This document shows positions 1 to 12,902 of a stretch of DNA of 42,903 nucleotides, piece by piece. The notes beneath the pieces were generated by a model, which made no database searches, was not told the DNA's origin, and was given only the letters and a program-made list of their open reading frames with translations. How positions within the stretch are numbered: position 1 is the first letter of the stretch; each line of letters starts with the position of its first letter. The position numbers were made by a program, and so were the translations under genes. This DNA is from Diploschistes diacapsis (taxonomy: Eukaryota): contig JALAIB010000039.1 of assembly GCA_023645945.1 (NCBI GenBank), forward strand, positions 1 to 42,903. The letters run 5' to 3'.

Positions 1-355
1 CTGTATGAGTATGGGGTGGAGGATCGGGGGGATTGGGATAGTGAGGAGGATGAGATGTGAGGATTTGTTGAACAGAGGGGAAGGGGGAGAGGGATGGGGA
101 GAGGAAAGGCAGCAGTACTGAGCTAGGTGAAGGGCTGGGAATATATGCTTGTCCCGAGGGACTATCTCTGGGGGAAGGGGGTACGCGGGCCGATCTGCTG
201 AGCCTACGCAAGTGAATACAAGGAGCTCTCCTCACCCTTACTGTCGCCTGGGAATCACCTGTCCATCATTCACACACCGCGATAAAAATACTTTGCAGCC
301 CCGCCTTGGTTTCATACTTCCTAAGTTGTAATATAGTCCTGCGCTTCGCTTAGGA

Positions 356-443
356 ATGACATGTAACTAGGCTTGGCAAAGACTTGGCAATCTATACCTA
401 CTACATAAAGCTTCTTTTGCATCTTTAGAACTTAGAAATCTAC
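356..443 (+). repeat. Upstream direct repeat, copy 1 (partner at 2088-2159)
   Basis: ATGACATGTAACTAGGCTTGGCA (356-378) and TTTTGCATCTTTAGAACTTAGAAATCTAC (415-443) match 2088-2110 and 2131-2159 with 4 and 2 mismatches, all transitions. Confidence 0.85.
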
Positions 444-493
444 AAATACTTTTATTTATTAAGGAAACTGGATTCTGTCTCAGCAATCCGACT

Positions 494-1996
494 TTGAGGG
501 GCATAGCTGGCGAGGGAACTAGCCCAGTTTTCATTGAAGAAGCTCAAAAAATCACACCTGAACTATGGCTGATAATTCTTGCTTACTTCTGGCGGTCAAA
601 GATTTGCATGATCGGCGATGACATGCAGCTGAAAATCCCAAAGGTTGACACATGGAACAATCCAGCAGCGGTTTGCTTAGCAAGATCGCCCCTAGAACTG
701 CTGATAGCTCGCGGGCGCCCTCACGTCGTACTTGAATGTTCATACCGCGCAGCGAGCCCCCTGTGTCAATTCTTCACTGCAGCATGTTATCCCATTAGGT
801 CCATGCTTCCAGATTCTCGACGACCTTTGATGGAAAAAGTCCGTACGCTACACAAAGACTTTCCTGCGTTAGGAGACTGAGTCGGACATTCCCGTAGCAT
901 ATGTCAACACTGGGTCCACCGAAGAGGCACAGATTGGTCCTTACAAATCATCTTACAACTTTGGAGCCATCAACGCGGTCATTTATCTCATCAAGGCAGC
1001 CATCAAAATTGGTATCAAGGATACAGAAATTACTATTCTGTCCAATTACAGGGCACAGATCGACTTTTACCTAATCATTCTTCGACATGAGAAGCTCAAA
1101 GTGGAGGCCACCACGACTGACGGGTATCAAGGACGGGCTATCCATTATATTATCTTTGAGCTCGTTCGTACAAAGGCAGAAGGATATACTAACCACCCGG
1201 CAAATCATACTACTGCATACACTCAAGCGAAATCTAGACTAGCCATAATCATTAACGACAAAAAATGTACCCAGTACTGCAACAGGATGCCTCTCGAAAC
1301 CAAACCCTGCTGAAGGCTCGTAACTTCTGTCGGAAGCAGTCTCTGTACGTTGACTGGCCTCTTGGAAACAAGAAAATGAAGATTGACTATGCTAGTTAAT
1401 GCGGGAGGAATGCCCAAGATGTCTATGATCTCGAAGAAGGCATCCTCCGTAAAATAGAACGCAAGGCTGAGTTCGATCAAAAGATTAAGGAGTTGAACGA
1501 AGCAAATCCTGTTCAGGGCACACAATTCATGTCTGAGACCGATACAGAGGAGATGGCGTCCGTACCACCTAGTCCTATTCCTGAAGACATCGGAATTGAG
1601 CATCCCAATCCTCAAGCCAAGACAGACGAATGGAAACGTTCCAGTCCTAGTCCACCTCATCAATGGGGCAACCCTACTCTCAACCAGCCAGATCTCTCTA
1701 CACTAAACAAAGTCCCTGAGGCTGATCCTCAAATCGATGCAGACGAATGGGGATTTCTCGTGGCACAAGGTCAAGCAGGAAGTACTACAGGTTTCATCCA
1801 GACAGACTTCTCCAAGCCGGAGAAAACCCGCAGCACTGATGAAGCTAAGGCTCGCAAGTCCCCCTCCAAAATCAGCCACTCCCGACCATCTTTAGATGCT
1901 AGTGATAGCCCCTCGAAGAAACTGAAGTCTATATATCACACATCTCTCCCAGAGTTCATAAATCAGACATCACTCACTGATGAAAAACCTAGATAA
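494..1996 (+). pseudogene. Degraded SF1 UPF1/DNA2/NAM7-like helicase (C-terminal half) with low-complexity tail
   Basis: Motifs in order: VFIEEAQ (DEAxQ), IGDDMQL (GDxxQL), LECSYR, ITILSNYRAQ, TTDGYQGR...IIFELVRT, AYTQAKSRLAIIIND (degenerate ALTRAR..IVGD). Interrupted by a stop and frame change near 880, a frameshift near 1310 and an in-frame TAA near 1397. No Walker A seen. The 1493-1996 ORF continues the last frame. Confidence 0.8.
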
Positions 1997-2087
1997 GCTA
2001 TGAAGGAGGCATTGGTGCTACCGGTGCATACGTTGCAATCCTGACTTGAGAGACCTTGCACAAGGACAGTGAAGCACTGGCAATATT

Positions 2088-2159
2088 ATGGCACGTGGCT
2101 AGGCTTGGCACATTTGTGTAATAAAAGTTTTTTTGCATCTCTAGAACTTAGAAACCTAC
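2088..2159 (+). repeat. Upstream direct repeat, copy 2, about 55 nt before the caspase-like ATG
   Basis: ATGGCACGTGGCTAGGCTTGGCA...TTTTGCATCTCTAGAACTTAGAAACCTAC; this is the GC-richer version of 356-443. Confidence 0.85.
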
Positions 2160-2213
2160 TCACATACTTTCAAGTCCATACCTGAATCTCTCCAACAAAG
2201 TTGCTTCCAAAAC

Positions 2214-3585
2214 ATGGTATGTCCAGCCTTCACAGTTGAAATATATCGGCAGGATTTGGAAACTGATGTATATGTAGTCTGAAGCAAAGAAGCGCGTCTC
2301 TGACGCCTTACTCTACGACGATCATGAAGTAGATGAAGGGCCTCGTTCTAAAAGAGCGCTTTTGCCGCAATCGACAGTCGCGAATTTGAGCATCTTCAAG
2401 AGAGACATCAACGACTCTCTAAGTAAGATAGTGTCAAGTAACGAAAAGCGGTATACCAGCGCTGCAATCTTTGCAATCAGTTTCTCGAACAATGACATTC
2501 CAGCTGTGAAACCGTTGAGGGATGAACTTCTTACGACACTCGTGGACTTATATAACTGGCAACAGGAAGTCTACATAATCAACGCACAGAACTCATACCA
2601 AGAATGTGAACGGGACTTAGCGCGAGCTATGGCTGGATTCGCTGTTAAGTACGGATATCCTAAGTCAGGGAAGTCACTGTTAGTTTACTATTACTCTGGC
2701 CACGCTTCCAGAAAGCCTAGAAACCCCGCTGGAATATGTATTCAGTAAGTCCACGATCTAAGTTTTAATTGTTAGTTAACGAATCACAGTGGCTGCACCA
2801 GAAATGGTAGAATGGTGCCCCCCTTTTTCTCTTGGGACGACGTCTTTCGACATCGAGGCGCAGTACCGTTGGAGTTGCATCAGACTCTGTGTATTTTCGA
2901 CTCGTGCACCGCGGGCCTCGCCAGTCTAAACAGCGAAGTAGAATTGCTGGGAGCTTCTGCCTGGCACGTCTCAGCCTCCGCTCTTACCAATCTCAGCTAT
3001 ACTCGCTTTCTAATAGACGCCATCAAGGCGCAGGAAGGAGCCCCGATAACAGCTTCCCAATTGACATCCCACATGACATACAAAGATCAGCGGATATTGG
3101 AGACAGCTCAACCGATATTGCGGCGTGCTTACAACAAACACGAAGCGAGTGCTCTGTTTCACCGAATCGGCGAAGAGATCCAAGCGCCTACAACCACACC
3201 AACAGATTCTGAACGCGCGAAAGTTTCTATTATTGCCACAATCGCTAATGTGGAACGTCCCTTAAATGTAAACGCCTGGTCCCGTTGGTTGAGCTCTGAC
3301 CTCCCGCTGAATATTGCCTCAATTGAAGTTCAGACAGCGTGGCCTTCTAGCTCGATGAGTTTGCTTGTGGTTCTACCTCAGGAACTCTGGTTCTATCTCC
3401 CTAGTCACCCTGCATACATATATGTGGGCCCCGTGAAAGGTGGTTTTCTGAGCAATGAAGCTGTTCTAGCTCCCAGGCCCTCGGGGACAGAGAATATTCC
3501 TTTTGCAGCCCGCAGACCTGTGGCTGGAGCAGGGAGCTTGCCTAGCAAATCGACGGCGACGGGTTTACATGAAAGAAGCTTATGA
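2214..3585 (+). CDS. Caspase-like (peptidase C14/CHAT clan) protein
   Basis: ATG 2214. Introns 2217-2277 (GTATGT..TAG) and 2745-2789 (GTAAGT..CAG) join ORFs 2362-2748 and 2812-3585 in frame. His motif LLVYYYSGHA and Cys motif LCIFDSC match the YYxGHG/LDCC dyad of fungal caspase-like proteins. Confidence 0.75.
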
Positions 3586-4130
3586 AGATGTCTTGCTTGA
3601 AGGCAAGTGCACTGCGAGGTGTATGGCTACAAGGAATAGAAGTAGTGAGGTTGAAGGTCCAGCGATCAGCCGAGTTAGCAATAGAATATCAAAACAAAAT
3701 ATTCCGGTATTTTGGCGATAAGTTTGCTGCAAAAAAGCGGGTCATCCACTTCTGTACTCGCCAGAGACGTTGCAGACGTTCAAGAGATGGTCCGGATGGC
3801 GGCTAGGGGGCTACTGATAAGGGCGTTCAGAATGGGCATGTTCAAAAGTGTATTATGGCCTTTAAGCGAGACTCCTAGTGACAAAGTCGACCTAGATCTT
3901 TGATAGTATTAATATTTCTTTTCACGATTGCCTCAAGCATTTGAAATACCCCCGGCGCTTCGCGTACATTGATGCTACCCCCGTATTCAAACATAGGGAG
4001 AGAAGTTAATACCAAAAAAACCACCTTTAATCTCGGGCAAAATTGCGAGTCACATTTGGTATACATTTATTATATATCTAAATAGACTCGCTTTAAGAAT
4101 AAAAAGATCAATTAAATAATTAATTGACAT

Positions 4131-4248
4131 ACTATACCCTCCCACGCGGCATGTCGGCAGCGTAGTTAAATGATGTAGACAACCGCTGGCAGATCATTTC
4201 GAATATGATAAGGTTCAACTCCTATTGCTGACAACCGAGGGTAATAGT
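4131..4248 (+). other. tRNA-like / Pol III promoter-like element inside a long hairpin
   Basis: Exact B-box GGTTCAACTCC (4212-4222); A-box-like TAGTTAAATGA (4163-4173); stem TGTCGGCA/TGCTGACA (4152-4159/4226-4233); outer IR ACTATACCCTC/GAGGGTAATAGT. No well-paired anticodon arm. Confidence 0.45.
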
Positions 4249-6175
4249 GGGATAGGAACATTGTGGTTTGTATTTTTATGTAAGGAGTAAAACACCCTCG
4301 AGACACCGTCTTCAAACACCTTTCCTTCAGTAGCATATGTAACACCCAACACCTCGAAGCATGCCTGAAACCTCAAAACATTCAGCATCACCTGATATTG
4401 CGGCTGAATAAAAAAACCTTTGGTGGTGCTTCAATACTGCGAGTAAATTTTCGCCTCATTTAGCAGTTTTTCGAGCAAGATCTTGGGAGGTGCTTCGCAC
4501 TAGGTTTTCTGCTCAACGTTGATAAGGAATGCGAGTTCTAAAGTGGCCAAGTGCTCGAGAACTAATTCTAGTCTTTCCGAAAGTGATGATTCCGAGAAGT
4601 CCGTCGGGCAAGAAGGAACCCCTGCATTTCAATATCAATCAGGTTTGATGATAACGTAGGTTGATCGCCTCTCTCGTAATCAACTCCGGTTTGGGTCCGG
4701 CCACTCAATGTTCAGGCGCAATTCTCGCTTCAGCGTGCATGTCGTAATCTTTTCCGTGTTGTGTCAAGAGAAGTAATAACTCAAAATAGCCACTGCGCGC
4801 CTGTGGTTAATACCTCAGCCCAGCAAAATGCGGCGAGAGTCTACATTGCAGCAGCACTGCCATCTTGTGCTCCAATATCTAAGATGAGAGCCTTCATCTG
4901 TTATGTGGCCGCGATGAAACTGGATCTGCCCTTAGAAGGCACGACGATAGGGGCTGGGGCTAGAAACTTTGCCAGGCCACAGGCGCAGTGTGAGCATCTA
5001 ACTACATCGGCATTGGTGTACATCGAAGACTCCTGCTAGGAAATTGCGGGAAATGGGAGCTCGAACCATACTAGGAAAGAAGGCCAACCACTTCGACTCG
5101 CTACGACCAAAACTAGTCAGAGAGGTCCGTCCCGACAGTCAGTCGGCCCAATGTTTTGGCCGAGCTTTATTTCAAGGCCGAGGCACGGAATAAAGCAGTT
5201 TTCTGTCGAAGATCAGCCGAGGTCGTCCTCAATCCAAAAGCTCAGCTCGAAGGCAGCTTGCTCGGACGGAGAGAGTGTGTTGAAGTAGGAGGCAATAGAG
5301 TGCAAACAGTCTTGCTCAAGAGCCACGTATACGGGATGCCACAGAGAGGATTAGTGTAAACAAAAGGTTCTGTGAGACGGTAAACACGGAACAATTGGAG
5401 GTTACGTTAACGTGAGACAGTCATCAAGATGCCATTAATGGAGGGTGGGAGGTTACACCATAAAGGCGAGGCAGCTTGGGGAAGGGGCTAACCATGCTAC
5501 CCTGAATCCTAATGCCACGCGTGCTTTTACAAGACTTGAAAGCAAGTGCTGAACTTCAGTGGCGGCTCTCAGCCCTACGAAGCCCAACCAACCTGTCTTT
5601 CTTGATGCAGCAGCTGAATCCAAAGTGCTACCTCCAGCGGGATGAAGATGTCCATCATTACTAACCATGTTTTCATCTCCAGGCCATGGGTAAGTCATCT
5701 TTACAATGTTGATTGATGCATTTGGACCATCATGGCAATGAAATTTGTACTCACAGTGTCTTCGCTGTACCCCCGCAATAGCACAGCCTTGATCGTTGAA
5801 CCTGGACCGGCTTGATGTTATCGTTCACTGACTTTTTGAACCTGCGCCGGAGGCACTTGAAACGAGCATTAGTGCCCTCTGACCAACATTCAGAAGGTTT
5901 ATCTACCACGCTCATATCTAAGAGGTAAACACTGTCCGTCAGACATAGGTACTGGTCCCGGTGGACCATTCAAGACCATGGATATAAGACTATTCTCCTG
6001 CTCTTCGAGATCTTTGCTTTCCAGATCACAATTCGACTATCAACTATCATAGCCTACAAGCCGGACTTGTCATTGCTTTCCCTCTTACCGCCTTCAAGCA
6101 CGAGTCCTCGTTTCCCCCTCTTCAACCCCTTCACTTGCAGTGTATTTGTTATTCCTCATTGAAATTCTTTCCAAA

Positions 6176-7140
6176 ATGCAGTTCCTTTCATGCGGTCTGT
6201 GCTTGCTCGCAGCAACATCATTAGCTCTCGCGAACACAAGTATAACCAACAACAACGTCAAAGGCAATGACAACCAGGTGACGACAAAAACGGATCAGAA
6301 GCAGGAAACTAAAATCAAAGTCCCTTTGCGTCCTCGGGACCTCGAGTCTCGAGCCCTGTTGTCACTTATAAGACGGGATCCAGATTACGAATACGCAATG
6401 GAATTGCTTGGTCAGTGCCACTCCTGGAGGAATAACCTGAACTTTACTAATAGAAGCTTTTGGCAGCCCGCGGCCCACTACCAGCTTCAGCCGGGAAAGG
6501 TGCTGCAGCACCTCCCAAAGGGCAAACTCCAAACCCAGACGCACCGTCCCCCACAGATATTGCCAAGGTCGAAGCGCAAATCAAATCGGGTCAAGTCTCC
6601 GCGCCTGTGGTGGATGCTGCCATCAAAGCAGGTCACATCAAGAAGGCGGATGGCTTCACGCCCACCGCAGACACGACCGACGTCACCTCGATGAAGGTTG
6701 CAAAATGGCTGAACAATGGCGGCCCTCTCACGCCCGGCATAGAGAAGGCGTTGATTGATTCGAAGCATTACCTCGCCGTGAAGACGGATCAAACCCCCAA
6801 CCACCCACTGAGGGGATCGACCAAGGCACCACCACCGAATAAGACTCCCAAGGTCATACCGCGCGAGACCCTAGGACTCGATGCCCGTGACCTGGAGGAG
6901 GGATTTGGCGATTGGCTCTGGGCTCGCGACGCCTACTACGACACGAGTGACGTGCTCTCCGCCCGCGGCGCCTATGAAGACACAAATGACTTGTTCTACG
7001 CCCGTGACGCCTCCGACGACATGGGCGACTTGCTCTCGGCGCGCGATGCCAATGAGGATATCAGTGACCTGCTCTATGTCCGCGACGCCGACGCAATGGC
7101 CGCTGCGTACGACCTGGACTTTGAAGATTTATATATCTAG
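6176..7140 (+). CDS. Secreted protein with C-terminal 13-aa acidic AR-D tandem repeats (Kex2-processed repeat protein-like)
   Basis: Signal peptide MQFLSCGLCLLAATSLALA. Intron 6411-6466 (GTCAGT..ACTAAT..CAG) gives MELLARGPL and joins ORFs 6140 and 6460. AR/VR codons at 6883, 6922, 6961, 7000, 7039, 7078. TATA (TATAAG) near 5983. Confidence 0.85.
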
Positions 7141-8660
7141 CTGATGCCCCGTGCGCGGTTTGGTGATCTCTCTGGGCAGGTTTTGGGACAACAACGGTGA
7201 TGACATGATGTTTTGGGGGAGAGGGAGGATACTTGTATTTTTTAGCAGACGAGTCTGTGGCCGCTTGTGGTCACGGCGTTCGGTGGAGTTTCTGGAAATG
7301 GCTTTCGCGGCTACTTGGCGGTGTTTTGGTTGTTATCTTTGGACCCCGGGTGGATATGCTGTTCCTCTGTCTTGGCCTTGCTTCATAGCAGTTCCCATAG
7401 CAGTTTGTTCCTATCGCGGATAGGAGACGGACATTAAGTCATCAGACATCATTCTTTCAAACGGCGTGACCACAACCGTGAGATATACGTGCAGTGGCAA
7501 GCATGGCCCAGGTTAAGTAGAAAGCCAGCCTCCGTGAAAAGATTCCATAACCAAGTCTGAGATGGAAAGCGTTGTCATAAGGTGCAGAGAATCGGACCGG
7601 GATGACCATGAGCTTCTTTTGCTTGTACTGAACCAGGGGCTTACTTATTCTTGAACTTCCAGCCTAGGGCTGATGGCCCTTTTTGTTCGACCCCTTACTT
7701 GCGCAATCGGGCCGTTACTTTTCCGGGTAACCTAGTTCATCACTGGACGGGCGCACCTGCGTCCTATGCTACATAAGTTTATCCGTAACGGAGAAATGAG
7801 GTGCGCCGCCATCTTGTGATGAACTACGTTATACTACCCAGGCGCAAAATCTTTTTCCACATAGTTAGAGCTTCAAGGGCGCGCCTTCTATCCTGCTTTT
7901 GAATGTGCCTCCGAAGATGGCAAATGGAGCAAGTTCAGTCATCCTTGTTCTTATAAGCTACGGGAGGAGTGACTGACGCTGACATTGATTGGAATCTAGC
8001 CCCTCAAATTGCCCAAAGAAACAACGTGCACAGGTCGCGGTTTCTTTCCAAACTATCCCAGATACCAAACATGCAATCTTGTACATTCAAGCGCAGTATC
8101 GCGAGGTCTTGGTCATACTCATCCGCATCTCCTTTGACAACGCTTGCGTTGCGATACCCAACGGTAGGCTGACGCGCAAAGGACCCCGTCTTCGACGACG
8201 AGGAATATGCTCATAGCTTCAGGGATTGATCAAGAGGTAACATACTCTGTGAGATTAGCTTCCAACGCAGTGTACAGTACTTGAATGCGTATCGACTCTC
8301 ACTCAAAGAACTCGGCTAGCCAATTATGGCATACTGGCCACAAAGATGCGACTCTCAATCAGCAATCCTCGCTGCATGTCGCGAATACTTCGTGGAGGCA
8401 AACAACCGTTTGTCCTCAGCCTTTTCGACTCCGTGATTCGAAGCGCTCTGAAGAACTCACGGAGTGACTCGCATGTACTCTGGTTAAGATGGAAGAGCTC
8501 CAGACTGATGCGGCACTGATTGTTGTGCCGTCAAATGGTATCTGCTCTGTCATCGAAGCGCAGGGCCTATTGCGCTCCGTTCGAACCAACTTCATTGTGG
8601 TACCCACCGTCGACAAGCCAAGAGGCTTACCTTACCAGCAGTTTCAACATGTCGCCTCGC

Positions 8661-11600
8661 TTATGCCTTCCTCAGTAACATGAGTGGTTGGCCAGCCTGC
8701 ACGACATCGTTGGGCCTGACGAGCAGCTTTTCGACGGTCGTGTCTTCCTCCCTATCCACTGCTGCGTTGACATTGATCTCGAGTTTCATTGCTTCCAAGA
8801 TAGAGACCACCTGTCCATTCTTGACCTTATCCCCTTCTTTGACCTCGAGTTTCCACACGTTGGCATTGAGCGGCGCTTCGACTGGAAATATGCTTGGATC
8901 TGGAGGCTATCAGCGCTCTGCTCGAGGGTATATTCCTTCTCCTCACCGTTCAGTAATTCCTCAATCGTGTTTGTGCTGACTTTCCCCGCATTCTTTTCTT
9001 TGTTCCATTTCTCTAAGAGTTCCTTCTCTAGCTTCTCCATCTCGGACTGTGCCTGACGTTGCTTCGCTTTAACCTGCTTCACTTCTTCGGCGGTATCTCT
9101 CAGTAGCTGGTTGTGTTCCTTCATGTCAAATATTGTGTCTTCATATTCATACACATAATGACCGGTATGGAAACGCGCCAGCAGTTTATTGTACTCATCC
9201 TCGGAAACTTCGTAGAAAGTAATTTGATCGAAATCCTCGAACAGCCAAGGTTTCTGCTCGTTGAAGCTTCTCTTGTATCCGAGGATGTCCGCGCCGGGAA
9301 TGGATAGACCAATGTTCATGTAGCCGCCCGGCGACTCCACATTGTAGAGCGCCATGCATGACCCTCCCCATCCGACTTGGCCCTCTGGGGTGTGGACTCG
9401 CGATGGGTTCATCTTGGGACACTGGATTCGCTGACGAGGATCGATCGGCAAGGCAATCGGCAGCGCTACGAAAAATCCTACGCCAACGATCATGAGGGTT
9501 GATTGGATGAAAATTTCACGGAGCTATGTGCACGCATCAGCAATACACTTAGGAAAGCTTCATTGCTTCGTACCTGTTGTACAGTGAAAGCATTGTTCTT
9601 GGCAACAAACTCCGCGGTATCCGGCAGATAAGATGCATATGGTCTCTGCGTCTCAATATATCTTTGCAGGCTATCCTTCTGCTTTTGACTTTCAAACGTG
9701 ATGGGTAGTCTATACTTCCGGCTGGGAAACTGGGATTCGCTAAGATCGCCGAGCTCTTCCTCGAGCTTCACAAGATAGTTCATCATTCTTTCCCTACTGA
9801 CCCTAAGTGAATCGTAATAGAGCATCAGGGAGTTGCCGCAAGCCATGCCTGCATGCAATGTGCCCGTACTAAAAGAGATTTCGCCCTGTGATTCTTTAAG
9901 CTTCTGGTACAACGCAACTGCGCGGCATCTGTAGTTGAGATCGAACAGGCCGTTCCCATAGTCAACCAGGATGAAGTCATCGGCGCCTTGACGGTATGTG
10001 ACTAGGGGCTGTTTGCCTTCCTCGGGAATTCGACGTATTGTTGAGGGTCCCCACCCTTTAATTGCATTGAAGGGTAGGCGTTCCTGATACTGGAGAGGTA
10101 TGACGCTGTTAAAATTTGACTCTGATTTGCAACAGGCGTAAATGGAGTCCAGGAACGTTTCAACTTCTTCACGGCGGGCGATGGCGTCCGCATAGGAAAC
10201 CCTGTTGAACCGAACTTTGTTGCCAGCCTTCATCTGTCCTAGTCTCCAATAATCTGCTTTCGGAACTGTCGTGCTGCAAACGAAACCTCCAAAGTCAGGT
10301 GCATCGACTGGGAACAAACACGGATCATCACCAGTCCAGTTGATTGACCCGAGAGGGTAGCCATATTCGATTACGTTTGACGGATGAGCTCCACCTTCGC
10401 CGCCATCTGGACGGCTCCATTTCGGCTTTGGCCCAACAAGCCTGATGCCAGTACGGGTAGCATTATGCGAGATAGTCCAATCCGTAGTGTAAAACTCTTC
10501 AATCGATTCTTCTGCGATATAGCCTTCATCGTAAGGACCCGGCATTGCTGAAAGCTCCCATCGTTCAGGATAAGCTGGTATCAAGTGTCTGGGAATAGCA
10601 AGCTTGCCTTGAATATCAGGCGGATTCTGGGATATACCGAGCAGATCGCCGGCGGCAAGCGCTCGACCTTGGTAGCCGCCAACAGCAGTCATGGGTGCTG
10701 TAGACTTGGATCCAAACCAATCGGCAACGCTCGGGAAACCACCGTATATGCTGAGATAGGCTCTGCAGCCGCCTCCGATGGTCTTGCCAACGCTCAAACG
10801 TTGGCCAGCCTCAATCCTGATCCGTGTCCACATCGGCAAGGATTCTCCATCAAGCTTGACTGCCATAGGCGCGCCACAAATGGCGATAATGGCCGGCGCA
10901 AGGAATCGCAGGTCAGGGCCGGATAGAGTTATCTCGAGGCCTTCGGTGCCGGGGTTGTTACCAACAAGCGCATTCCCAATGCGGAAAGCAAGTGGATCCA
11001 TAGGTCCCGAGTGAGAAAAGCCTCTGGACACAGTCGGTCGGCCGGGCCAGTCCTGGACAAGAGTATACGCACCGCCAGCCAAAACATCGATTGCCGTTGG
11101 CTCATATTTGAAAGTTGTTAAGAACTTCGTCATGGTATTCCCAGAGACGAAGTCTGCATCTTCTAGAATAGCAGCTAGGATGTCCATGTTCGTGGGCGGC
11201 CCAAATATTTTGCTTCCATGCAAAAGTTCCAAAGCGCCCTTTATAGCATTATCTCGAGTTGAAGCGTGAACCATGGCCTTCGCAAGGAGTGGGTCATAGT
11301 TCACGGTCACCTTTGTCCCGGTGTGAATCCAGGTGTCAATCCTACGACCTTTCACCTGCTTCCAAGACACGTACTGAAGCGTTCCTGACGACGGTGCGTA
11401 ATCCCTAGCCGGGTTTTCCGCGTATATGCGGACCTCAATTGCCGCTCCGTTCGGAAACGACGATTGAAGCTTTTCAAGGTACTCTGCATCGAGACCTGCT
11501 CTTCCCTGAAGCTGCATATCGGCCTGCCTAAGCATCAATTCGACAATGTCAATGTTATAGCACATTTCGGTAATCCCGTGTTCGACTTGCAACCTCGTGT

Positions 11601-12527
11601 TCATCTCCAGAAAGAAGAAACGCCCAGTTTCATCATCGACAAGGTACTCAACAGTGCCCGCCGAACCATAGTTGATGCTCTCAGCCAATCGGACGGCGGC
11701 TTCTCCCAATTTCTCCCGCAACTCGGGTCGTTTGGTAACGAACGGGCTCGGGCATTCCTCAACGACCTTTTGATGCCGACGCTGGATTGAGCATTCGCGC
11801 TCGCCGAGATGGATCGCTCTACCTTGCCCATTTCCGAACACTTGAACTTCGATATGGTGGGATGAAGGATAGAATTTCTCGATGTATAGTCCAGGATTAC
11901 TATACAATGCCTCGCCACGAGACCGTACTGTTTGGAACGACTCCCGCGTTTGTTTCTCATGTTGGCAGCTCAAGAGTCCCATACCACCGCCTCCTGCCGT
12001 CGCTTTCAGAATGACCTGTCCAGGTGAGCAAGGTTCTTAAAAAGCCAGGTAACGGCGCGCACTGGATAGCCTAGCTTCTCTGCCACTTTCGCAGCTTCAT
12101 CTTCGGAATCCACAAGCCCCCGAGTACCTGGGACAACTGGCACATCCGCTTTCGAAGCGAGCTCTCGAGCTGTATGCTTAATACCAAAATCCTCGATGCA
12201 CTTGGGACTCGGACCAACAAAGACTATCCCAGCTTCATTTACCTTTCTCGCGAAGTCGGCGTTTTCAGATAAGAACCCGTAGCCAGGAATGATGGCATCA
12301 ACTCCCCTAGACTTTGCGATATTCACAATCTGCTTGCCATCTGAGTAAGCCCTAGAGTCAGGTCCTGCAAGGAGCACCGACTCATTAGCGCAGCTAACAT
12401 GAGCAGAGGTAGCGTCTGCGGTAGTATAGATCACGATAGTATGGATCCCCAGTTTTTTGGCAGTTCTATTAATTCGAACAGCTATCTCGCCTCTGTTAGC
12501 GATAAGAAGGGATTTGAGTTTCTCCAT
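8661..12527 (-). CDS. lamA: Urea carboxylase-family biotin enzyme without amidase domain (LamA-like)
   Basis: LIANRGEIA, PGYGFLSEN, KATAGGGGMG, ERECSIQRRHQK, EMNTRLQVEH; allophanate-hydrolase-type carboxyltransferase domains; biotinyl motif EAMKLE. Introns 12062-12016, 9573-9524, 8946-8900. Confidence 0.9.
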
Positions 12528-12902
12528 CGTATGGTTTGGCAGCACTATTGGCGGGTCGCTACATATCAAAAATGAGTTAAAAGCGAGCCTGAGATAAAGA
12601 CATATGCGGTCAAAAAAGTTATATTATCAAATGATAACCCATGTAGGTGCTCCTTTGCAAGTTGGGGAAGAGGAGGGGGTGTGATGCACTGGAGCGCAGT
12701 GCCGCGGCCGTTCCTGTTGTGACGTATAGCGGGCCTTACCGCATAGGAGGTCTTCTATGTGAATGGCATGTTAAGAAGCCTTTCTCACGTTGTGCTTATC
12801 GTCTTGTAGTTTTGCCCATAAAGAATTTCGATTATTCAGTCGAGATTGAACTGGCAGGTCGACATAGTATTGCAAGCCGCACCGATCCAGATATTCGAGG
12901 AT

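Noticed and set aside
4300..5970. Short ORFs in the 4.3-6.0 kb interval
   Set aside because: No recognisable motifs or coherent exon chain.
7750..7807. 9-bp inverted repeat GGCGCACCT/AGGTGCGCC
   Set aside because: Short, no target-site duplication or other support; compatible with chance.
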